A DNA stretch of 64,000 nt, from assembly GCA_049366795.1 (NCBI GenBank), contig JBMNCP010000026.1, positions 18,608 to 82,607 of the forward strand, given 5' to 3'. The DNA comes from Desulfobacterales bacterium. GTDB lineage: Bacteria > Desulfobacterota > Desulfobacteria > Desulfobacterales > UBA5852. This document shows positions 27,380 to 36,658 of the stretch, one piece after another. The notes beneath the pieces were generated by a model. That model did no database searches. It was not told the DNA's origin and saw nothing but the letters and a program-made list of their open reading frames with translations. Each line of letters begins with the position of its first letter. The stretch's first letter is position 1. Both the position numbers and the translations under genes were made by a program.

Positions 27380-30300
27380 TCAGCAGGCAAGAGCCGCATC
27401 GATGGTCTCCAGCATCTGTCCCGCCGGGTAGCCGTCGAGATAGGCCGCGCCGTTGGGACACACGGAGGCGCAGGCGCCGCAGCCCTGGCACATGGCGGTG
27501 TTGACCAGGATCTGCTCGTTTTCCGGATCTATGGTGCGCGCCTCGTAGGGGCACGCCTCGATGCAGCGCTCGCACAGCGCGCACAGGCTGGTGTGCACGC
27601 CGGCAACGATTCGGTCCGCGTACAAGCGGTCGCGGCAGAGAATTCGCAGACCCCGCTGCGCGGCCGCCTCGGCCGATGCGATGGATTCGGCGATCGTCCT
27701 GGGTGAAAGCGACAGTCCGCAGGCAAATACACCCTCCTTGAGGGCGTCCACCGGACGCCACTTGAATTCCGCGGCCTCGAAAAACCCGTCCCGGTCCAGG
27801 GTGGCGCCGAAGCTCTCGGCCAGGGACCGGGGCAGCTCCGGGATGACGCCGGTCGCCAGCACCACCAGATCGGCGGCGATCTCCACGTCGCGCCCCAGAA
27901 TCGGTTCGAATCCACCGACCTTGACACCGTCGCCGTCAGGCGCGACCCGCGGCTTCCGGTCGACCGTGTAGGGGATGAAGGTCACCCGGTCTTTTCTCGC
28001 CTGTGTAAAACAGGATTCAGTGAACCCATAGCTCATCATGTCCCGGTAGAAGACATAGATCGCCACCTCCGGTTTGAGTTCTCTGAGCCTCCGGATGTGC
28101 TTGAGCGTCGTCTGGCAGCAGACGCGGCTGCAATAGTTGCGGGGCTCCTCCCGGGAATCGACGCACTGGATCATGACCACGTTTCGGAGCCGCCCGCCCT
28201 CGACCTGGTTTTCATTCAGACGGCGTTCCAGCTCGCTCTGGGTGACGATCTCCGGGCTGGCGCCATATCCGTAAGAGGTGGTGGGAGCTTCCCGTCCTCC
28301 GGTCGCCAGAATGGCGACCCCGTGCTCCACCACCCGGGCGGCGCCCTGGCTGTCTTCCAGCGTCGTATGGAACCGGCCCACCTGCCCCATGGAGGTGATG
28401 ACCCGGGTCCCGGTGTTCACCTCGATGCCCGGATGCCCCTCGACCCGCGAGCGGATCTCCTCGAGCAACGGGGCAGTGGGGCGGCCTTCGAGGGTCTGCC
28501 CGATCCACAGCAGATTGCCGCCCAAGGCATCCCCGGCTTCCACCAGCTCCACCGGGTAGCCGTGATCGGCAATCGCCAGCGCCGCATGCATGCCCGCGAT
28601 TCCGCCTCCGATCACCATCGCGCGCTGGGCCACGGGGATGGCGGCCTTCGGCAGGGTCTCCACCCGCTTCAGTCTCGCGGCGGCCATCAGCAGTTCACCG
28701 GTGGCGGCGAAGGCTGCCCTCGCCGGATCTACCGCCTCCGTCGCCGCCTCGCGGGTCAGCGTCGGGGTGCGGATGTCCACGACCTCCATCAGGCGGGGAT
28801 CCAGTTGGACCTCCTTGCCGAGCGCCTTGAGTTTTCGGGCATAGACATAAGGCAGGCAGGCGCCGATCAGCAGTCGGTTCGGGTGATGTCGTTTCACTGC
28901 CTCCGTGAGCTGCCCCCAGCCTTCCGAAGTACAGAGACGCGGAAGGGTCTGCACCCGCGTGACCGCAGGATCCTGCCGCAGTCTCGCCTCCAGAACCTTC
29001 AGGTCCAGGGCGGCGGGAATCGCCCCGTCACAGCTGCAGAGAACCGCCAGCATCCGGGGGGACTCCCGGGAGACGTCCTCATAAAACGGCGTTGCCGTCG
29101 GCGTCTCCGGAACGAGGCTCCCGCCGCTGCCGTGGATCACGCGGGAAGCCTCAGCCGCCGCCGCTCCCGCCTGAATCACCGACTCGCTGATATCCTTGAG
29201 GCCTGAAAAGGCCCCGGCGACCACCACGCCCTCCCGGGCGGTGCGGGTCATCGAAAACGGCTCGGTCTCCGGGAAGCCCCAGGGATTCAGGCCGATGCCC
29301 ACCAGTTCGGCCAGTTCGGCCGATCCCGCCGCAGGCCGCTGCCCGACGGACAGCACGATCATGTCGTAATTCTCGTCCCGTGCGGCGCTGTCGTACCCTG
29401 AGAACCTGACCTGCAACTCTCCCGTCCTGCGGTCGGGAATGACGGAGTGGATCCGTCCCCGCTCCAACCGCACGCCGTCGGCTTCGGCCTCCTGCCGGTA
29501 ACGCTCGAAGGGTTTGCCGAAGGTCCGCATGTCCATGTAGTAGATGACCGTTTCGATCGGCTCCCCCGCCTTCCGGGCGCGCTCGCGGGCGATTCTGGCC
29601 TCCTTCAGTGCGAACATGCAGCAGATGCTCGAACAGAAATCCGCTCCGGACTGGAGATCGCGCGAACCCACGCACTGCACCCAGGCGATGCGCCGCGCCG
29701 GCCGCCCGTCCGAGGGCCGCTGCAACCGACCGGCAAAAGGCCCGGTGCCGCTGAGAATGCGTTCGAATTCGAGGCTGGTAACCACATCCGGAAACACCCC
29801 GTACCCGAAGGGGTTCTTGCCTTCGGACGGGTTGAAATAGTCGGTTCCTCCGGCCATCACGATGGCGCCGACTTCCAGATGCGGACCCTCCGGCGTCTTG
29901 AGCGATTCGAAAATCTGAACGATCTTTGGAATCAGCACATCGGGGTCGAAGGGCTTGATCAGATAATCCACGGCGCCGAGCTTCATGGCCTCGACGGCGG
30001 TCTCCACCGTGGCGTAGGCGGTAATCATCACCACCGGCAGTTCCGGAAAGAGGTCCTTCGCCTTTTCGAGCACCTCGACGCCGTCCATCTCCGCCATCTT
30101 GATGTCCAGGAGCATCAGGTCGATGGTGCCGGTCTTGAGCGTTTCGATCGCCTCCGGACCGGATGCCGCCATCGAGACGGAAAAGCCGCCCTCCACCGAC
30201 AGCCATTCCTTGAGGGAATCGCGGACGATCAGTTCGTCGTCGACGACGAGAATACGGAATCCCTGGCGATCGCCGTCCTCTAAACGGATGGCATCGGTCG

Positions 30301-30826
30301 GGCAGACTTTCGCACACTCCCCGCACCGGGTGCAGACGGTCGTGTCGATCCGGTAAGGATTGGGAATCGCGTGGGGAACCGGCAGATAGACGGCCTTCCG
30401 GGTCTCGAGCCCCTCGTTGAAATCGTTCGACACCTCCACCGGGCAGACCTCCACGCATCGACCGCAGCCGATGCACAGGGCCGGGTCGACAGGGTTGGGC
30501 TTCTGCTTCAAAGTGACCTGGTAGTGACCGGGCTCGCCCTCCACCGATGCCAGATCAGTGGAAAGGAGAATGTCGATGTTGTCGTGAAACAGCCCTTTTC
30601 TCAGACAGAACTGGGAGCTGCTGTCCCGGTCGACCAGGGGCAGCATTTTGCACATGCCGCAGCGGTCGGTCGGAAACTGATAGTCGAGTTGGCTGAGCAC
30701 GCCGCCCAGGTGGGGGCGGCGGTCGATCAGGGTCACCCCGTAACCGAACTCCGCAAGATCGAGGCTGGCACGAATACCGCTGATGCCCCCTCCGACCACG
30801 AGTGCCTTGCCGATCTTTCGTTGCAT
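27380..30826 (-). CDS. fused QmoA-like + HdrA-like flavo-iron-sulfur protein with an inserted CheY-type receiver domain
   Basis: 1148-aa uninterrupted ORF.
- Module 1: VVGGGISG, CIGCGRCVEVCP/CTRCGECAKVCP, ...CSSICCMFA.
- REC insert, aa ~190-306 (nt 29909-30259): FRILVVDDE...IDLMLLDIKMAEMDG...VVMITAY...YLIKPFD.
- Module 2 from aa ~590: AVLCSCDG, VIGGGIAG, CSRVCCQT, and C-terminal CALCERCIEACP/CQGCGACASVCP. Confidence 0.9.
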   Translation of the reverse strand: MQRKIGKALVVGGGISGIRASLDLAEFGYGVTLIDRRPHLGGVLSQLDYQFPTDRCGMCKMLPLVDRDSSSQFCLRKGLFHDNIDILLSTDLASVEGEPGHYQVTLKQKPNPVDPALCIGCGRCVEVCPVEVSNDFNEGLETRKAVYLPVPHAIPNPYRIDTTVCTRCGECAKVCPTDAIRLEDGDRQGFRILVVDDELIVRDSLKEWLSVEGGFSVSMAASGPEAIETLKTGTIDLMLLDIKMAEMDGVEVLEKAKDLFPELPVVMITAYATVETAVEAMKLGAVDYLIKPFDPDVLIPKIVQIFESLKTPEGPHLEVGAIVMAGGTDYFNPSEGKNPFGYGVFPDVVTSLEFERILSGTGPFAGRLQRPSDGRPARRIAWVQCVGSRDLQSGADFCSSICCMFALKEARIARERARKAGEPIETVIYYMDMRTFGKPFERYRQEAEADGVRLERGRIHSVIPDRRTGELQVRFSGYDSAARDENYDMIVLSVGQRPAAGSAELAELVGIGLNPWGFPETEPFSMTRTAREGVVVAGAFSGLKDISESVIQAGAAAAEASRVIHGSGGSLVPETPTATPFYEDVSRESPRMLAVLCSCDGAIPAALDLKVLEARLRQDPAVTRVQTLPRLCTSEGWGQLTEAVKRHHPNRLLIGACLPYVYARKLKALGKEVQLDPRLMEVVDIRTPTLTREAATEAVDPARAAFAATGELLMAAARLKRVETLPKAAIPVAQRAMVIGGGIAGMHAALAIADHGYPVELVEAGDALGGNLLWIGQTLEGRPTAPLLEEIRSRVEGHPGIEVNTGTRVITSMGQVGRFHTTLEDSQGAARVVEHGVAILATGGREAPTTSYGYGASPEIVTQSELERRLNENQVEGGRLRNVVMIQCVDSREEPRNYCSRVCCQTTLKHIRRLRELKPEVAIYVFYRDMMSYGFTESCFTQARKDRVTFIPYTVDRKPRVAPDGDGVKVGGFEPILGRDVEIAADLVVLATGVIPELPRSLAESFGATLDRDGFFEAAEFKWRPVDALKEGVFACGLSLSPRTIAESIASAEAAAQRGLRILCRDRLYADRIVAGVHTSLCALCERCIEACPYEARTIDPENEQILVNTAMCQGCGACASVCPNGAAYLDGYPAGQMLETIDAALAC

Positions 30827-30881
30827 GACGGCCCATCCTTTTTATGTTGCCGGCACCGCTCCGGGAGAGCGGCGCAATGGG

Positions 30882-32024
30882 TTAGTGGATGCCGACGACC
30901 TCCTGGAACTCCGCCTCGCGAAACGCCGAAAGCGGCGGGGCCTCGGCCGGATCCCGGCCGGCGAGGACATCGAAGGCCCCCTGCGTGTCGTGGGCGATCG
31001 TGCGGAACACCTCCATCACCGGGATGTCGTTCGGGCAGGCGTTGGTGCACTGGCCGCAGCCGACGCAGGCCGTGCTCATATGAGCCAGCCGGGTGAGATG
31101 GTAGAACACGGTATCCGTCGGCAGCTTGATCGCGCCCTTGCGGCGGGCCCAAGCCATGTACTGGGCGGGCTCGTGGTTGAAGACATCGGTGAGAAAGACG
31201 CATTCCTTGCAGTAGCAAACCGGGCAGGCCACCCGGCAGTTGTAACAGTTGACGCAGCCGGCGAAGTAGGTCGTCAGTTTTTCCAGGCTGTCGGTGGCGT
31301 TTCGGGTCGCCTCGAACATCCGGTCCCTTGCGGACGCCCTCTCCGTGACCAGCGATTCCACGGCGGCTTTACGCTTCACGGAAACAGGCGTTTCCGGGTA
31401 GGCAAGCCGTCCCAGGATCTCCTCGCCCTTGGGGCTGCGTCCTTCCAAAAGGATTTCGCGGTCCACATCCACCCCGATCAGCCCGATCGACAGGTCGGCC
31501 CACTCGGGCACCGGGTGTTCACAGACCTGGCATGCGGAGGCCAGGTCGACGCCGTCCATGGCCGCCCCCTTGCCCGACAGCACCTGAGCGGCGAACCGGC
31601 GGGTCGTTTCGGCCGCATCCTCACCCACGAACCGCAGATAGTCTTTGTTCTGGTAAGCCCCGAGGCAGTCCACCCCGATGACCAGCAGTTCGTCCAACCT
31701 GGCCTGCTTGAGCTTCACCAGCTCCACCAGCGCTCGAATTTCGCAAGGCCGCAGCACCACCGCCACCCGACCCCCGAAAGGCTTGCGGGATAGCTTCGAA
31801 ACGACCTTGGCCGTATTCATGGGGAACGCCGGGGCCAGCGGGTCGGCGCCTTCCAGGTCCTTCGGATCGCTGATCAGGGTCGGCATGACCATGGCCTTCA
31901 TGGGAAGCCGTCTCGGCACGAGAAGCGCGCTGACGTCCTCCATGCCCAGCAAATCGTTGAAAAACCCCTTGAGACTTGCCAGCAGATCCCCTTCCTTGAC
32001 GTCGAGTTTTACCTTGGTCGCCAT
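30882..32024 (-). CDS. FrhB/FdhB-family (F420-hydrogenase/dehydrogenase beta-like) flavo-Fe-S protein
   Basis: Start at MATKVKLDV (GGAGCGG RBS). It has CVNCYNCRVACPVCYC and CVGCGQCTNACP plus an FrhB-like N-terminal region. The family assignment is from memory. Confidence 0.65.
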   Translation of the reverse strand: MATKVKLDVKEGDLLASLKGFFNDLLGMEDVSALLVPRRLPMKAMVMPTLISDPKDLEGADPLAPAFPMNTAKVVSKLSRKPFGGRVAVVLRPCEIRALVELVKLKQARLDELLVIGVDCLGAYQNKDYLRFVGEDAAETTRRFAAQVLSGKGAAMDGVDLASACQVCEHPVPEWADLSIGLIGVDVDREILLEGRSPKGEEILGRLAYPETPVSVKRKAAVESLVTERASARDRMFEATRNATDSLEKLTTYFAGCVNCYNCRVACPVCYCKECVFLTDVFNHEPAQYMAWARRKGAIKLPTDTVFYHLTRLAHMSTACVGCGQCTNACPNDIPVMEVFRTIAHDTQGAFDVLAGRDPAEAPPLSAFREAEFQEVVGIH

Positions 32025-32098
32025 GTTTCCGCTCCATTTCGCGTGTTGTCCCGGCACCGGCGGGCCCTGGATCGGGACCGCCTCCCGGCGCCCAAATT

Positions 32099-32521
32099 TC
32101 AGATAACCATCCTCATCTTTGCCTGGCTCGGACCGAGGGATCTGATCTGCTCCACGAGGGATTGAATGGTCTTCGCGAATTCAATCCCGTCGCTCGCCCC
32201 GATCCAGGTCAGCCGCAGCCGCTCCGGCTCGAAGCCGAACTGTGGGAGGATTTCCTTGAGCAGCTTGATCCGCCGCCGCGCCTTGTAGTTGCCGTTGATG
32301 TAATGGCAGTCGCCGGGGTGGCAGCCGCTGACCAGAACTCCGTCCACCCCTTCCAGAAAGGCCTTGATGATGTACTGGGGATCGACCATGCCGGTGCACA
32401 TCACCCGAATGAGCCGGACATTTTTCGGATAGCTCAGCCGGGAAGTGCCGGCCAGGTCGGCCGCCGTGTAGGTACACCAGTTGCAGACAAAGGCGACGAG
32501 AGTCGGTTCGAAATTTTCCAT
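32099..32521 (-). CDS. mvhD: MvhD (methyl-viologen-reducing hydrogenase delta subunit) family protein
   Basis: 140 aa. LVAFVCNWCTYTAADLAG...IRVMCTG...VSGCHPGDCHY is the canonical MvhD pattern. A GGAGGAG RBS precedes it. Confidence 0.9.
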   Translation of the reverse strand: MENFEPTLVAFVCNWCTYTAADLAGTSRLSYPKNVRLIRVMCTGMVDPQYIIKAFLEGVDGVLVSGCHPGDCHYINGNYKARRRIKLLKEILPQFGFEPERLRLTWIGASDGIEFAKTIQSLVEQIRSLGPSQAKMRMVI

Positions 32522-32551
32522 TTTTTGGCTCCTCCATCAGAATGCAATCGG

Positions 32552-35500
32552 CTAGACCCCGACCTGGGCCAGGGCGTCCATCAGTCCGTCAAATTCCGCC
32601 ATCACCTGCTTGGGCTTGAAATGGTCGATCTGCGCCGCGTCGCTGGGGCAGAATCCGGCGCAGCTGCCGCACCCCTTGCACACTGCCTGGTTCACCACCG
32701 AGACGTTGCGACGCTCGTCGAATTCGATGGCGCTGTAAGGGCACAGACCAATGCAGGTCTGGCATCCCGAACAGACATCCGGGTCGATCCAGGAGATCAC
32801 CGAAGGAACGGCGACCCTTTTCCGGACCGCCAGGGAAAGGGCCTTGGCGGCCGCCCCGGAGGCCTGGGAGACGGTGTCCGGAATGTCCTTCGGGCTCTGG
32901 CAGGCGCCGGCGAGAAAAACGCCGTCGGTCGCGGTGTTGAGAGGGCCGAGCTTGGGATGCTCCTCCAGGAAGAACCCGTCCGCCCCGATGTTCACCCCGA
33001 AGATCCGGCCGACCTCGACCGCGTCCTCCCGGGCCTGCATGGCGACGCAGAGCACCGCCATGTCCACGGGAACCCGGATGGCACGGCCGAGCAGCGTGTC
33101 CTCCGCCAGGCAGACGAGCTTGCCCTCCTCCTCCGGGAACCGCGCCTCGTCGGTGATTTCCGCCACCTTGCCCCGGATGAAGGTCGTCCCCTCCTCCTGG
33201 CATCGGCGGTAGAACTCCTCGTAACCCTCTCCGAAGCAGCGCATGTCGATGTAAAAATCGTAGACCGGCGTGTCGTGGCCGACCTTCTCCTTGATGAGGT
33301 GGGAGTACTTGAGGGCGTACATGCAGCAGACCCGGGAGCAGTATTGGTGATAGTTCACGTCCCGGCTCCCGATGCAGTGGAGCAGCGCCACGCTCCTGGG
33401 AGGCCGCGTGAAGGCGCCGTCGCCGTCCCGCATCAGGATCTGTCCGCCGGTGGGCCCGGTGGCGTTGCTCAGCCGCTCGAATTCGAGACTGGTGAACACA
33501 TTGGGATATCTGCCGTATCCGTAGGGCGCCATCGAGGTGGGGTCGAGCACGTCATAGCCTGTGGCCAGGATGATGCTGCCGACCTTGACCTCGACTTCCT
33601 CGGCCTGCATCGAATGGTCGATGGCTTTCGCCTCGCAGGCCTTGACGCACTCCATGCATTCGCAGCAGACCCCGCAGTTCAGGCATCGTTCCGCTTCGCT
33701 CAGCGCCTGCTCCGCGGTGAGCCCCTTCGATTCCTCCTCGAAGGAGCCGACCCGCAGGCTCCAGTCCAAGTGGGTGAGGTGCTCCCGCTTCCGGGGCGCG
33801 CATTCCACAGGGATATCGGCCCACTGGCAGGCGTCTTCCACCGCCTCGGCCGGCTCGGCGATCGGGGCTTCCTTCCGGGGTCCAGATGCCGCTGCATCAG
33901 ACGCCACGCCCGTCTCCAGGAACGCGATGATCCCCTCCGCCGCGCGATGCGCCGCGGCCACGGCTTCCACCACGGTGGCCGGACCGCTCACCGCGTCGCC
34001 CGCGGCGAAAACATGGGGGATCGTCGTCTGCAGGGTGACCGGGTCCGCAACGATCAGGTTCCTGCGGCTGCACTCCAGACGACAGGCATCGTCCACCCAT
34101 GACAAGTCCACCCGCTGACCGATGGCGGGGATGACGGCGTCGCAGTCGACCACGAATTCGGAACCAGCAATCGGCTCGGGCCGCCGGCGGCCGCTTTCAT
34201 CCGGCGCCCCCAGGCGGGTTTCGATACACCGGAGGCCGGTGACGCACCCGTTCTCGGAAAGAATTTCGAGCGGCGCCGCCATGAAGCGGAATTGGACGCC
34301 TTCCTCCCGGGCGCCCTGGATCTCATCGCCAAAGGCAGGCATCTCCGCCTCCGACCGTCGGTAGACCACCGTCACGGATTCCGCTCCGAGACGCCGGGCC
34401 ACCCGAACGGCGTCGATCGCCACGTTGCCGCCGCCGACTACGGCGACGCGGCGCCCCGGACACTCCCGCCCGGCGAGATTGCAGTCCCGCAGGAAGCAGA
34501 TGGCGTCCAGGACCCCCTTCGTTCCGGTCTCGCCCGGGATGCCGAGCCGGGTGCACTCGTGGGCTCCGACCCCCACAAACACGGCGGAAAATCCCTCTTT
34601 TTCGAGATCCGCCAACGTCATGTCTGTGCCGAACCGGACTCCGGTCCGGACATCCACGCCGGTCCGGAGAATGTAGTTGATCTCCCTGTCCAGCACCTCC
34701 GGGGGCAGCCGGTAGTCAGGGATGCCGACCCGCAGCATGCCCCCGAGCTGGTCGAGCGCCTCGAAAAGCGTCACCTGGAAGCCGGCTTTCCGAAGGTCGA
34801 AGGCGGCCGTCAAACCGGCCGGTCCGGAGCCGATCACCGCCACCCTCTCCTCCCGCTCCTCCTTTATTTCCGGCAGGGGAAGCGATTCGAAGTCCACCTG
34901 ATCGGCCGCATACCGCTTCAGGTCGCGGATGGCGATCGCTTCGTCGACTTCCTGACGCCGGCACTCGGTCTCGCAGGGATGAGGGCACACGCGGCCCAGC
35001 ACGCCCGGCAGCGGAATCTTCTCCATGATCAGCCGGACCGCCTCTTCGTACTTGCCCACCTTGATGAGCTGGACGTAGCCCTGAACGTTGACGTGGGCCG
35101 GGCACGCCTGCACGCAGGGAGCCCGATCCTTCTTGTCGATGCAGTAGGTAATGGGAACGGCCTGGGGAAAGGCGCGGTAGATCGCATTCCGGGTGCCCAT
35201 CCCGACGTCCCATTCACTCGGAACCGTCACAGGGCAGGCCTTGGCGCACTCGCCGCAGCCGGTGCAGTTCGCCAGCACGTAGCGGGGGTTTTTCCGGATT
35301 CGCACCGTGTAGTTGCCGATATATCCGGACACCTCCTGGACTTCGCTGTAGGACAGCAGATCGATGTTCGGGTTCTGGGCCACGTCCACCATCTTGGGGG
35401 TGCCGATGCAGGCCGCGCAGTCCAGGGTGGGAAAGGTCTTGTCGAACTGAAGCATGTGCCCGCCGATCGTAGTGGACTTCTCCACCAGATAGGTCTTGTG

Positions 35501-35992
35501 TCCGCTATTGCCGATATCCAGGGCCGCCTGCATGCCCGCGATGCCGCCTCCGACCACCATGATGTCCGGATGGACCTCGACTTCCCGTGCATCGAGGCTC
35601 CGGTGGTAGTTCACACGATTGACGGCGGCGGCGGCCAGGGTCTTGGCCTTCCGGGTGGCTTCGTCCTCGTCCAGAGTGACCCAGGACACCTGCTCGCGAA
35701 CGGAAGCCATCTGGAATAGATAGGGATTGATCCCGGCTCTCTGGCAGGCCCCCTGGAAGGTCTTTTCATGAAGCCGCGGGGAGCAGGAGGCGACCACCAC
35801 GCGGTTGAGACCGTAGGAGGCGATATCCTTTTCGATCATCTCCTGGCCGGGGTCGGAGCACATGAACTTGTAGTCTCGCGAAACCACGACATTGGGAAGA
35901 TGCCGGACAAACTCCGCCACCTCCTCGACCCTGACCTTGTACGCGATGTTGATGCCACAGTGGCAAATGTAGAACCCGATCTTTTTCTCCAT
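32552..35992 (-). CDS. hdrL: large HdrA paralogue (HdrL-type): HdrA fused with a GltD/NfnB-like NAD(P)H-binding module
   Basis: 1146 aa.
- IGFYICHCGINIAYKV (HdrA N-terminal domain), VVGGGIAGM, FPTLDCAAC.
- An inserted CPAHVNVQGY...VAVIGSGPAGLTAA...GGMLRVGIPDYRLP...VVGGGNVAIDAVR, which is the small-subunit glutamate-synthase-like fold.
- It then resumes CSRVCCMYA and ends with 2x[4Fe-4S]. Confidence 0.85.
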   Translation of the reverse strand: MEKKIGFYICHCGINIAYKVRVEEVAEFVRHLPNVVVSRDYKFMCSDPGQEMIEKDIASYGLNRVVVASCSPRLHEKTFQGACQRAGINPYLFQMASVREQVSWVTLDEDEATRKAKTLAAAAVNRVNYHRSLDAREVEVHPDIMVVGGGIAGMQAALDIGNSGHKTYLVEKSTTIGGHMLQFDKTFPTLDCAACIGTPKMVDVAQNPNIDLLSYSEVQEVSGYIGNYTVRIRKNPRYVLANCTGCGECAKACPVTVPSEWDVGMGTRNAIYRAFPQAVPITYCIDKKDRAPCVQACPAHVNVQGYVQLIKVGKYEEAVRLIMEKIPLPGVLGRVCPHPCETECRRQEVDEAIAIRDLKRYAADQVDFESLPLPEIKEEREERVAVIGSGPAGLTAAFDLRKAGFQVTLFEALDQLGGMLRVGIPDYRLPPEVLDREINYILRTGVDVRTGVRFGTDMTLADLEKEGFSAVFVGVGAHECTRLGIPGETGTKGVLDAICFLRDCNLAGRECPGRRVAVVGGGNVAIDAVRVARRLGAESVTVVYRRSEAEMPAFGDEIQGAREEGVQFRFMAAPLEILSENGCVTGLRCIETRLGAPDESGRRRPEPIAGSEFVVDCDAVIPAIGQRVDLSWVDDACRLECSRRNLIVADPVTLQTTIPHVFAAGDAVSGPATVVEAVAAAHRAAEGIIAFLETGVASDAAASGPRKEAPIAEPAEAVEDACQWADIPVECAPRKREHLTHLDWSLRVGSFEEESKGLTAEQALSEAERCLNCGVCCECMECVKACEAKAIDHSMQAEEVEVKVGSIILATGYDVLDPTSMAPYGYGRYPNVFTSLEFERLSNATGPTGGQILMRDGDGAFTRPPRSVALLHCIGSRDVNYHQYCSRVCCMYALKYSHLIKEKVGHDTPVYDFYIDMRCFGEGYEEFYRRCQEEGTTFIRGKVAEITDEARFPEEEGKLVCLAEDTLLGRAIRVPVDMAVLCVAMQAREDAVEVGRIFGVNIGADGFFLEEHPKLGPLNTATDGVFLAGACQSPKDIPDTVSQASGAAAKALSLAVRKRVAVPSVISWIDPDVCSGCQTCIGLCPYSAIEFDERRNVSVVNQAVCKGCGSCAGFCPSDAAQIDHFKPKQVMAEFDGLMDALAQVGV

Positions 35993-36041
35993 GGCTGACT
36001 CCCTGCGGGCGGTTGGTCCGTTCGGGAAATCCGCCCCGTGG

Positions 36042-36467
36042 TCAACGACCCGGGGCCGATTCCGGCCTACTGGTTAGCTTCTCGACGGCAAGGATGAGCG
36101 CTTCGGCGTCCGGTGGATTCGCTAGAAACGCCTCCGGTTCGGGAATCGTCTGATCCGCCTGGGCGGTGCTCAAAACGCCGGACCGAAGGATGGTGTCTCT
36201 GCGAATGCTCGAGATCATGATGACCGGGACCTTCCGAAATGCCTGGTCCGTTTTGAGCGCCCTGTAAAAACAAATCCCATCCTCACCGCACATCATGCAA
36301 TTGAGAATGACGCACAATGGAGGCGACTTCCGGACCTCGCGGAGACCTTCCTCCATGCTCCCGGCGGTTACCGGCTCCAATCCATGACTTCGAATCAGGC
36401 TGCCGATATAGGTGACCGAGTCGCTGTCGTCGTCGACGATCAGAATCTTTCCCGGGCAAGCCGTCAT
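36042..36467 (-). CDS. degenerate (pseudo-)receiver domain protein, first gene of the hdrL operon
   Basis: 141 aa. KILIVDDDSD has the receiver fold, but the phospho-acceptor position reads VILNCMMCGEDG (Asn instead of Asp). The conserved Lys position reads FLANPPD (Asn instead of Lys). A GGAGG RBS precedes it. Confidence 0.75.
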   Translation of the reverse strand: MTACPGKILIVDDDSDSVTYIGSLIRSHGLEPVTAGSMEEGLREVRKSPPLCVILNCMMCGEDGICFYRALKTDQAFRKVPVIMISSIRRDTILRSGVLSTAQADQTIPEPEAFLANPPDAEALILAVEKLTSRPESAPGR

Positions 36468-36643
36468 GATCTGGCCTCCATTCGATCCATGGCCTTGGCC
36501 GGCAAGGCGCGCTCATCTTCTCAGCTGTCAGGAGTGGCGGAGCGGGGGACGGTCGTCCCAGCGTTCCATCCACTCCGATCGCATCCTCCAGGGAAGCTGA
36601 ATGCGACGTGGGGAAGTTTGGCTTCTTGGATACGATGTATTAA

Positions 36644-36658
36644 ACAAGATTTGTGCCA
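36644..36658 (-). promoter_or_regulatory. weak candidate sigma54 promoter upstream of the hdrL operon
   Basis: The minus strand reads TGGCACAAATCTTGT. The -24 element is perfect, but the -12 reads GT instead of GC. It lies in an unusually AT-rich intergenic island about 175 nt upstream of the first gene. Confidence 0.3.

Noticed and set aside
32162-34102. 646-aa plus-strand ORF, and similar long shadow ORFs such as 17767-19365, 20513-22171, 14905-15984 and 50553-52235
   Set aside because: All are antisense to or out of frame with genes carrying clear catalytic motifs. Their compositions are biased towards Arg/Gly/Pro/Asp, and they have no start context.
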